From NCBI GenBank assembly GCA_040954595.2, contig CM082581.2:11964286-12028285 (forward strand): 64,000 bases of DNA, given 5' to 3'. This DNA is from Balanoglossus misakiensis (Eukaryota > Animalia > Hemichordata). Positions 13,401 through 25,400 of the stretch are shown here, piece after piece (position 1 is the first letter of the stretch; every line of letters starts with the position of its first letter). Made by a program: the position numbers and the translations under genes. The notes beneath the pieces were generated by a model. That model did no database searches. It was not told the origin of the DNA and was given only the letters and a program-made list of their open reading frames with translations.

Positions 13401-16400
13401 TGTCATTTCTGGACGATTTTCATGGGCTATAACCCATGCTTTTTTCAAAAAAATGAAGAAATTTTGATATTTCGGAAAGTCGAAAAATTGTCATTTCTGG
13501 ACGATTTTCATGGGCTATAACCCATGCTTTTTTCAAAAAAATGAAGAAATTTTGATATTTCGGAAAGTCGAAAAATTGTCATTTCTGGACGATTTTCATG
13601 GGCTATAACTCATGCTTTTTTCAAAAAAATGAAGAAATTTTGATATTTCGGAAAGTCGAAAAATTGTCATTTCTGGACGATTTTCATGGGCTATAACCCA
13701 TGCTTTTTTCAAAAAAATGAAGAAATTTTGATATTTCGGAAAGTCGAAAAATTGTCATTTCTGGACGATTTTCATGGGCTATAACCCATGCTTTTTTCAA
13801 AAAATGAAGAAATTTTGATATTTCGGAAAGTCGAAAAATTGTCATTTCTGGACGATTTTCATGGGCTATAACCCATGCTTTTTTCAAAAAATGAAGAAAT
13901 TTTGATATTTCGGAAGTCGAAAAATTGTCATTTCTGGACGATTTTCATGGGCTATAACCCATGCTTTTTTCAAAAAAATGAAGAAATTTTGATATTTCGG
14001 AAAGTCGAAAAATTGTCATTTCTGGACGATTTTCATGGGCTATAACCCATGCTTTTTTCAAAAAAATGAAGAAATTTTGATATTTCGGAAAGTCGAAAAA
14101 TTGTCATTTCTGGACGATTTTCATGGGCTATAACCCATGCTTTTTTTCAAAAAAATGAAGAAATTTTGATATTTCGGAAAGTCGAAAAATTGTCATTTCT
14201 GGACGATTTTCATGGGCTATAACCCATGCTTTTTTCAAAAAAATGAAGAAATTTTGATATTTCGGAAAGTCGAAAAATTGTCATTTCTGGACGATTTTCA
14301 TGGGCTATAACCCATGCTTTTTTCAAAAAAATGAAGAAATTTTGATATTTCGGAAAGTCGAAAAATTGTCATTTCTGGACGATTTTCATGGGCTATAACC
14401 CATGCTTTTTTCAAAAAAATGAAGAAATTTTGATATTTCGGAAAGTCGAAAAATTGTCATTTCTGGACGATTTTCATGGGCTATAACCCATGCTTTTTTC
14501 AAAAAATGAAGAAATTTTGATATTTCGGAAAGTCGAAAAATTGTCATTTCTGGACGATTTTCATGGGCTATAACCCATGCTTTTTTCAAAAAATGAAGAA
14601 ATTTTGATATTTCGGAAAGTCGAAAAATTGTCATTTCTGGACGATTTTCATGGGCTATAACCATGCTTTTTTCAAAAAAATGAAGAAATTTTGATATTTC
14701 GGAAAGTCGAAAAATTGTCATTTCTGGACGATTTTCATGGGCTAACCCATGCTTTTTTCAAAAAATGAAGAAATTTTGATATTTCGGAAAGTCGAAAAAT
14801 TGTCATTTCTGGACGATTTTCATGGGCTATAACCCATGCTTTTTTCAAAAAAATGAAGAAATTTTGATATTTCGGAAAGTCGAAAAATTGTCATTTCTGG
14901 ACGATTTTCATGGGCTATAACCCATGCTTTTTTCAAAAAATGAAGAAATTTTGATATTTCGGAAAGTCGAAAAATTGTCATTTCTGGACGATTTTCATGG
15001 GCTATAACCCATGCTTTTTTCAAAAAAATGAAGAAATTTTGATATTTCGGAAAGTCGAAAAATTGTCATTTCTGGACGATTTTCATGGGCTATAAAACCA
15101 TGCTTTTTTCAAAAAATGAAGAAATTTTGATATTCCGAAAGTCGAAAAATTGTCATTTCTGGACGATTTTCATGGGCTATAACCCATGCTTTTTTCAAAA
15201 AAAATGAAGAAATTTTGATATTTCCGAAAGTCGAAAAATTGTCATTTCTGGACGATTTTCATGGGCTATAACCCATGCTTTTTTCAAAAAAATGAAGAAA
15301 TTTTGATATTCCCGAAAAGTCGAAAAATTGTCATTTCTGGACGATTTTCATGGGCTATAACCCATGCTTTTTTCAAAAAAATGAAGAAATTTTGATATTT
15401 CCGAAAGTCGAAAATTGTCATTTCTGGACGATTTTCATGGGGCTATAACCCATGCTTTTTTCAAAAAAATGAAGAAATTTTGATATTTCGGAAAGTCGAA
15501 AAATTCTCATTTCTGGACGATTTTCATGGGCTATAAACCCATGCTTTTTTCAAAAAAATGAAGAAATTTTGATATTTCGGAAAGTCGAAAAATTGTCATT
15601 TCTGGACGATTTTCATGGGCTATAACCCATGCTTTTTTCAAAAAAATGAAGAAATTTTGATATTTCGGAAAGTCGAAAATTGTCATTTCTGGACGATTTT
15701 CATGGGCTATAACCCATGCTTTTTTTTCAAAAAAATGAAGAAATTTTGATATTTCGGAAAGTCGAAAAATTGTCATTTCTGGACGATTTTCATGGGCTAT
15801 AACCATGCTTTTTCAAAAAATGAAGAAATTTTGATATTTCGGAAAGTCGAAAAATTGTCATTTCTGACGATTTTCATGGGCTATACCCATGCTTTTTCAA
15901 AAAAAAGAAAAATTTTGATATTTCGGAAAGTCGAAAAATTGTCATTTCTGGACGATTTTCATGGGCTATAACCCATGCTTTTTTTCAAAAAAATGAAGAA
16001 ATTTTGATATTTCGGAAAGTCGAAAAATTGTCATTTCTGGACGATTTTCATGGGCTATAACCCATGCTTTTTTCAAAAAAATGAAGAAATTTTGATATTT
16101 CGGAAAGTCGAAAAATTGTCATTTCTGGACGATTTTCATGGGCTATAACCCATGCTTTTTTCAAAAAAATGAAGAAATTTGATATTTCGGAAAGTCGAAA
16201 AATTGTCATTTCTGGACGATTTTCATGGGCTATAACCCATGGCTTTTTTCAAAAAAATGAAGAAATTTTGATATTTCGGAAAGTCGAAAAATTGTCATTT
16301 CTGGACGATTTCATGGGCTATAACCCATGCTTTTTTCAAAAAAATGAAGAAATTTTGATATTTCGGAAAGTCGAAAAATTGTCATTTCCTGGACGATTTT

Positions 16401-19400
16401 CATGGGCTATAACCCATGCTTTTTTCAAAAAAATGAAGAAATTTTGATATTTCGGAAAGTCGAAAAATTGTCATTTCTGGACGATTTTCATGGGCTATAA
16501 CCCATGCTTTTTTCAAAAAATGAAGAAATTTTGATATTTCGGAAAGTCGAAAAATTGTCATTTCTGGACGATTTTCATGGGCTATAACCCATGCTTTTTT
16601 CAAAAAAATGAAGAAATTTTGATATTTCGGAAAGTCGAAAAATTGTCATTTCTGGACGATTTTCATGGGCTATAACCCATGCTTTTTCAAAAAAATGAAG
16701 AAATTTTGATATTTCGGAAAGTCGAAAAATTGTCATTTCTGGACGATTTTCATGGGCTATAACCCATGCTTTTTTCAAAAAAATGAAGAAATTTTGATAT
16801 TTCGGAAAGTCGAAAAATTGTCATTTCTGGACGATTTTCATGGGCTATAACCCATGCTTTTTTCAAAAAAATGAAGAAAATTTTGATATTTCGGAAAGTC
16901 GAAAAATTGTCATTTCTGGACGATTTTCATGGGCTATAACCCATGCTTTTTTCAAAAAAATGAAGAAATTTTGATATTTCGGAAAGTCGAAAAATTTCAT
17001 TTCGACGATTTTAATTGGGCTATAACCCATGCTTTTTTCAAAAAAATGAAGAAATTTTGATATTTCGGAAAGTCGAAAAATTGTCATTTCTGGACGATTT
17101 TCATGGGCTATAACCCATGCTTTTTCAAAAAATGAAGAAATTTTGATATTTCGGAAAGTCGAAAAATTGTCATTTCTGGACGATTTTCATGGGCTATAAC
17201 CATGCTTTTTTCAAAAAAATGAAGAAATTTTGATATTTCGGAAAGTCGAAAAATTGTCATTTCTGGACGATTTCATGGGCTATAACCCATGCTTTTTTCA
17301 AAAAAATGAAGAAAATTTTGATATTTCGGAAAGTCGAAAAATTGTCATTTCTGGACGATTTTCATGGGCTATAACCCATGCTTTTTTCAAAAAAATGAAG
17401 AAATTTTGATATTTCGGAAAGTCGAAAAATTGTCAATTTCTGGACGATTTTCATGGGCTATAAACCCATGCTTTTTTCAAAAAAATGAAGAAATTTTGAT
17501 ATTTCGGAAAGTCGAAAAATTGTCATTTCTGGACGATTTCATGGGCTATAACCCATGCTTTTTTCAAAAAAAATGAAGAAATTTTGATATTTCGGAAAGT
17601 CGAAAAATTGTCATTTCTGGACGATTTTCATGGGCTATAACCCATGCTTTTTTCAAAAAAATGAAGAAATTTTGATATTTCGGAAAGTCGAAAATTGTCA
17701 TTTCTGGACGATTTTCATGGGCTATAACCCATGCTTTTTTTCAAAAAAATGAAGAAATTTTGATATTTCGGAAAGTCGAAAAATTGTCATTTCTGGACGA
17801 TTTTCATGGGCTATAACCATGCTTTTTTCAAAAAAAAATGAAGAAATTTTGATATTTCGGAAAGTCGAAAAATTGTCATTTCTGGACGATTTTCATGGGC
17901 TATAACCCATGCTTTTTTCAAAAAAATGAAGAAATTTTGATATTTCGGAAAGTCGAAAAATTGTCATTTCTGGACGATTTTCATGGGCTATAACCCATGC
18001 TTTTTTCAAAAAAATGAAGAAATTTTGATATTTCGGAAAGTCGAAAATTGTCATTTCTGGACGATTTTCCATGGGCTATAACCCATGCTTTTTCAAAAAA
18101 ATGAAGAAATTTTGATATTTCGGAAAGTCGAAAAATTGTCATTTCTGGACGATTTTCATGGGCTATAACCCATGCTTTTTTCAAAAAATGAAGAAATTTT
18201 GATATTTCGGAAAGTCGAAAATTGTCATTTCTGGACGATTTTCATGGGCTATAACCCATGCTTTTTTCAAAAAAATGAAGAAATTTTGATATTTCGGAAA
18301 GTCGAAAAATGTCATTTCTGGACGATTTTCATGGGCTATAACCCATGCTTTTTTCAAAAAAATGAAGAAATTTTGATATTTCGGAAGTCGAAAATTGTCA
18401 TTTCTGGACGATTTTCATGGGCTATAACCCATGCTTTTTTCAAAAAAATGAAGAAATTTTGATATTTCGGAAAGTCAAAAATTGTCATTTCTGGACGATT
18501 TTCATGGGCTATAACCCATGCTTTTTTCAAAAAAATGAAGAAATTTTGATATTTCGGAAAGTCGAAAAATTGTCATTTCTGGACGATTTTCATGGGCTAT
18601 AACCCATGCTTTTTTTCAAAAAATGAAGAAATTTTGATATTTCCGGAAAGTCGAAAAATTGTCATTTCTGGACGATTTTCATGGGCTATAACCCATGCTT
18701 TTTTCAAAAAAATGAAGAAATTTTGATATTTTCGAAAGTCGAAAAATTGTCATTTCTGACTATTTTCATGGGCTATAACCCATGCTTTTTTTCAAAAAAA
18801 TGAAGAAATTTTGATATTTCCGGAAAGTCGAAAAATTGTCATTTCTGGACGATTTTCATGGGCTATAACCCATGCTTTTTTCAAAAAATGAAGAAATTTT
18901 GATATTTCCGAAAGTCGAAAAATTGTCATTTCTGGACGATTTTCATGGGGTTATAACCCATGCTTTTTTCAAAAAAATGAAGAAATTTTGATATTTCCGG
19001 AAAGTCGAAAAATTGTCATTTCTGGACGATTTTCATGGGCTATAACCCATGCTTTTTCAAAAAAATGAAGAAATTTTGATATTTCGGAAAGTCGAAAAAT
19101 TGTCATTTCTGGACGATTTTCATGGGCTATAACCATGCTTTTTCAAAAAAATGAAGAAATTTTGATATTTCGAAAGTCGAAAAATTGTCATTTCTGGACG
19201 ATTTTCATGGGCTATAACCCATGCTTTTTTCAAAAAAAATGAAGAAATTTTGATATTTCGGAAAGTCGAAAAATTGTCATTTCTGGACGATTTTCATGGG
19301 CTATAACCCATGCTTTTTAAAAAAATGAAGAAATTTTGATATTTCGGAAAGTCGAAAAATTGTCATTTCTGGACGATTTTCATGGGCTATAACCCATGCT

Positions 19401-22400
19401 TTTTTCAAAAAAATGAAGAAATTTTGATATTTCGGAAAGTCGAAAAATTGTCATTTCTGGACGATTTTCATGGCTATAACCCATGCTTTTTTCAAAAAAA
19501 TGAAGAAATTTTGATATTTCGGAAAGTCGAAAATTGTCATTTCTGGACGATTTTCATGGGCTATAACCCATTCTTTTTTCAAAAAAATGAAGAAAATTTT
19601 GATATTTCGGAAAGTCGAAAAATTGTCATTTCTGGACGATTTTCATGGGCTATAACCCATGCTTTTTTCAAAAAAATGAAGAAATTTTGATATTTCGGAA
19701 AGTCGAAAAATTGTCATTTCTGGACGATTTTCATGGGCTATAACCCATGCTTTTTTCAAAAAAATGAAGAAATTTTGATATTTCGGAAAGTCGAAAAATA
19801 GTCATTTCTGGACGATTTTCATGGGCTATAACCCATGCTTTTTTCAAAAAAATGAAGAAATTTTGATATTTCGGAAAGTCGAAAAATAGTCATTTCTGGA
19901 CGATTTTCATGGGCTATAACCCATGCTTTTTTCAAAAAAATGAAGAAATTTTGATATTTCGGAAAGTCGAAAAATAGTCATTTCTGGACGATTTTCATGG
20001 GCTATAACCCATGCTTTTTTCAAAAAAATGAAGAAATTTTGATATTTCGGAAAGTCGAAAAATTGTCATTTCTGGACGATTTTCATGGGCTATAACCCAT
20101 GCTTTTTTCAAAAAAATGAAGAAATTTTGATATTTCCGGAAAGTCGAAAAATTGTCATTTCTGGACGATTTTCATGGGCTATAACCCATGCTTTTTTCAA
20201 AAAAATGAAGAAATTTTGATATTTCGGAAAGTCGAAAAATTGTCATTTCTGGACGATTTTCATGGGCTATAACCCATGCTTTTTTCAAAAAAATGAAGAA
20301 ATTTTGATATTTCGGAAAGTCGAAAAATTGTCATTTCTGGACGATTTTCATGGGCTATAACCCATGCTTTTTTCAAAAAAATGAAGAAATTTTGATATTT
20401 CGGAAAGTCGAAAAATTGTCATTTCTGGACGATTTTCATGGGCTATAACCCATGCTTTTTTCAAAAAAATGAAGAAATTTTGATATTTCGGAAAGTCGAA
20501 AAATTGTCATTTCTGGACGATTTTCATGGGCTATAACCCATGCTTTTTTCAAAAAAATGAAGAAATTTTGATATTTCGGAAAGTCGAAAAATTGTCATTT
20601 CTGGACGATTTTCATGGGCTATAACCCATGCTTTTTTCAAAAAAATGAAGAAATTTTGATATTTCGGAAAGTCGAAAAATTGTCATTTCTGGACGATTTT
20701 CATGGGCTATAACCCATGCTTTTTTCAAAAAAATGAAGAAATTTTGATATTTCGGAAAGTCGAAAAATTGTCATTTCTGGACGATTTTCATGGGCTATAA
20801 CCCATGCTTTTTTCAAAAAAATGAAGAAATTTTGATATTTCGGAAAGTCGAAAAATTGTCATTTCTGGACGATTTTCATGGGCTATAACCCATGCTTTTT
20901 TCAAAAAAATGAAGAAATTTTGATATTTCGGAAAGTCGAAAAATTGTCATTTCTGGACGATTTTCATGGGCTATAACCCATGCTTTTTTCAAAAAAATGA
21001 AGAAATTTTGATATTTCGGAAAGTCGAAAAATTGTCATTTCTGGACGATTTTCATGGGCTATAACCCATGCTTTTTTCAAAAAAATGAAGAAATTTTGAT
21101 ATTTCGGAAAGTCGAAAAATTGTCATTTCTGGACGATTTTCATGGGCTATAACCCATGCTTTTTTCAAAAAAATGAAGAAATTTTGATATTTCGGAAAGT
21201 CGAAAAATTGTCATTTCTGGACGATTTTCATGGGCTATAACCCATGCTTTTTTCAAAAAAATGAAGAAATTTTGATATTTCGAAAAGTCGAAAAATTGTC
21301 ATTTCTGGACGATTTTCATGGGCTATAACCCATGCTTTTTTCAAAAAAATGAAGAAATTTTGATATTTCGGAAAGTCGAAAAATTGTCCTTTTGGGATAA
21401 TTTTCATGAGCTATAACCCATGGTTTTTTCAAAAAAATGAAGAAATTTTGAAAATTCGCAAAGTCGAAAAATTGTCATGTTTGGATGATTTTCATGAGCT
21501 ATAACCCATGATTCGCAAAATTCGCAAAGTCGAAAAATTGTTATTTTTGTATGACATGGAAATGCCAAAATGAGCAAAATTTTCAAAGTCGAGAATTTCT
21601 CATGTTTTGAGCGTTCATGAGGTATAACCCAAGCATATGATATGGAAATGCCAAAATGAGCAAAATTTTCAAAGTCGAGAATTTGTCATTTTTTGAGCGT
21701 TCATGAGCTGTAACTCATGCATATGACATGAAAATGCCAAAATGAGCAAAATTATCAAAGTCGAGAATTGTCATTTGTTTGAGCGTTCATGAGCTATAAC
21801 CCATGCATATGACATGAAAATGCCAAAATGAGCAAAATTTTCAAAGTCGAGAATTGTCATTTGTTTGAGCGTTCATGAGCTATAACCCATGCTTATGACA
21901 TGAAAATGCCAAAATGAGCAAAATTTTCAAAGTCGAGAATTTGTCATTTGTTTGAGCGTTCATGCATATATGATAACAAAATGCGACGTCTATTGAGGAA
22001 GAACTCCGAAGCACCGACTGTGCTTCCTGAACGCGACAATGGTGTACAAGTACACACAGAGAAAATATATCAAACTCACTGGTAAAATATCTCAACGCTA
22101 TATAAAAGTCGAAAATAGCTCTTACTTTATGTGATCGAATTCTTTCTCCCTATTGGCGGCCGCTGACGTCACAACTATACGTAATACCATGGCTAGTATT
22201 ACGAGGTTGACCTGCAAAGCACGTGGCGATTCAATAACATGATGCGGTAGTTTTTGAAATGTCTTTACACCCACTCTACTGCGAAAACATGACGTTATAG
22301 TAAATGCCTTTTCAAAATATGACAGTAAAAAACATGCATGATTCAGGGTTACATTGTCTAAACAGTGGCAACTTTTGACGAATTACCAGAATAATGAGAG

Positions 22401-25400
22401 CTGCGGGTCCCGCAAAAGCCCATATCATCTGGCCTTCAATAGTCAGCCAACAGCTGTAACAGAGGAAAGAATTCGTATTGAGTACTTGTACTGTACATTC
22501 GGAAACATGTTGACGTTAGTAACCTTTTTGTTATAGATGTTGATTTCTTGCAAAGTCAAAGTCACATGTCGACACATACCTTCTCTCAGAACCGTAACCC
22601 TCCCAGTTAATGGCAGCAGCCACCGCTACAATCACCACGGGAATCCCTGAGAAATATGATCAAATAGATATGTAGGATATATTAAAACTGAAGATTTGTG
22701 TCACCAAAGATCAGATTTTTGTCCAGCGCCGACTTACCCCAACCAATGGACAGATAATGCTTGATTTTATCCTCGCCGGAGTTGAAGACTTGGACCACTT
22801 TGCCGTACAAATGGATACCTTCAACCAACATCCAACAAAAGACGGCCATGAAGAAATAATGAAGAAGCAAAGCAATCGCCTTGCACGCCACCTGGAGTTC
22901 AAGCCAAAGTACGAATGACATGAACTTAGTATGTACCTTTGACTTCGGTTGTTGCTGGAACAATCATATTGAGATCTGCAACAGCCAGATACGCTAATGT
23001 GACAGTCCATGACTGCCTAAATAAATGTAGATTTTATTGGTGCGAAGTTATGATGCACCAACGAATGAAATTACTCTGTTAACATAATCCAAGCAACATC
23101 AGTGACACGACGCCCTGCCCTGACTGCCACAAACACGAAAGTACATTTAAAGGTGAATGACTGTGTGCAGTGGAATGCCAGCATGTACAAATTAAATGAC
23201 ACGCGATGGACTTTACCGTCTTCTAATCGGACACTTTGATGACACATGTCATCTGCATTATGTTGCACAACAGAGCGAGACGTAATATTAGGAAGTGCTG
23301 ACATTAAAATTTTGTAGTCAAACATCATTTCCGGCAGTTTACTCAATTCAAACACTCAATATGGATTGCCTTGTCACTCACCTTGTTTGTTGTGGCGCCG
23401 ATTCCCGACAGAAAAAGAATCTGGGCTGATAAAAGAGCCACCACTAAGTTTTTGTGGATGGCTGTTCTTTCTGAACGAAGGGATCTATGATGAGAATTAA
23501 GATAACGAAAATCATGAACACGTCAGTGACGGAAACATCACGCGAGACTAAAGTAGAGCTGGGTTAATAACCCGGATTTAACAAATCTTGGCTCTCTTAG
23601 GATTGCACGGATAATTGCCTCGCAATTTCTTCAGTGTATTTCGTCATGATAAACGGACAAAAATACATCAGAATACATGTACATTGTACCATACTTAGAA
23701 AAACATCATGATTTCTGCGTCGTGCCCAATACAAGCAAGAAGAAGCCAGTCCATCGTGACAGCGTCATTACACTTTTGGCCACGTTGTAGTCGTGATTAT
23801 GACGCACTGTGACGTCACAGCCAGATTGTAAACCAGTGTGAGAAGTAAACTTACGTGAGACAAAACAAAACAGACAGCGTGATAGCCAGTGACGCCAGTG
23901 AAATTGCACATCCAATATAAGTTATGATTTCCAGGGCTTGTTGATGATCATCGCCGATCTACAAACAGTAAACAACATGGTCAACATTGCAGAAAAGTTT
24001 AAAGATGATTCTGTGTGCGTCCAAGAACTGTCTCATGTGTCTAGATCGATCTGGGAAATTAGGAACAACTTTCTGTACCTACCTCCACTTCCGTCACTTG
24101 TATCAGAACCGAAAAACTTGTGGTGTGGTTACATTGACACAATGTGTACCCCTTCGTTGCCATGGTTACATCGCATCCGTAATCAGACCAAGAGCCTGGT
24201 TCCCGGGAGCCCCTGGCAACAGAATTTAACTCCTCATTCTCATCTTTTTCATTATTTGAAGGAAGATGGGTCGATAAGGGAGTTTCTGATTTTGTTTCCC
24301 TATGGTTACTATCAGATGAATGAGGCAAAACATGTCAAAACCTGTCAACTAGACAGTTTACTATAGTCCCTCCCCTTTGATGTATCAACAGGCATGTCAC
24401 GTAGATTTACTCACGGTTTCGGCTTTTTCCAGAAAACACACTTGGTTTGTGGCGGATGTTCGCTACGGTTGTCGACACTGCTGCTCTCATCGCTGTATCC
24501 CACGTCAAAATCGCTCTCCGCATCCTTGAAGACGATTTGAATTCATTATTGATCTCAATCTTTTAAAAGCGAAAATGTGACAACCTTTCATTTCAAAATG
24601 TCGGTTGCATTTGAGATTTTACTACAGCCAGAAACGCAAAAAAAACTGCGATTATAACTCTAGTTTTGTGGAATTTATCTCTAAACATTGCAATGTAAAT
24701 AATCTATAGTAAAACCTTTCTCATTGAAAAAAACTCACCCTTGTGGTCTGCAGTCCATACTCGACAGGAACTGACACTTTCCTTCCTTCTATAAGCACTG
24801 AAAGGGACAGCAGTGGACTGCTTTCTGATATATCCCAAAAATTCCTGAATGAATGAATTAAACACTTTTTTTAAAAATGTAACGAGTTGCGTGAAAATGT
24901 CCTATGACATGTAGACCCCCCCAGAAACCTGGCTTATCACATCAGTATGGAGTCCACCACTTAAGTGTTTTCGAAATACAACTCGTGAGGTTTGCTGTTT
25001 TTTAGAGCTTTTCAGAAAAAAAAACCAGGAAATTAATTAAATGCCCGGATTCTGGTGTTACCTCTTATGAAATATGGGTCCGTGTTGAAAACGTAGAGCC
25101 ACAATAACCGATGTTCCCCCGGTACCTAAAAGTAGAAATTAAAATGTGTTAATCGGATTACGGTGACTGCAGTAAGATTAAAAGCATAATTCTTCTGTGA
25201 AATCTCTGTGACCTTTTGATCGACTCGGATATCATTAATATGCCAAATGAGTAGAATATGTGCTCTGGTTGGTAAAAATCCTGGTGACATGGCATGGACT
25301 GTGTTTATAGAAGTGGATTACATGGATCAATCTGGACACGGTCACCTTGTCAGTATTCCTTGGTGAAAGTGACATTACTGTCTCGAAGACAGTAAGTTGT

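Noticed and set aside
7613-21510. CRISPR array or repeat-protein gene (ORFs such as [25 protein letters not shown])
   Set aside because: There are no unique spacers and no cas genes. The 88-bp unit is not a multiple of 3, so frames hit stops, and the longer ORFs occur only where indels shift the frame.
7410-22125. Gene A as a pseudogene broken by the array, or recursive splice sites in the array
   Set aside because: All TM exons are present, open and in phase. The monomer has no AGGT on the transcribed strand.
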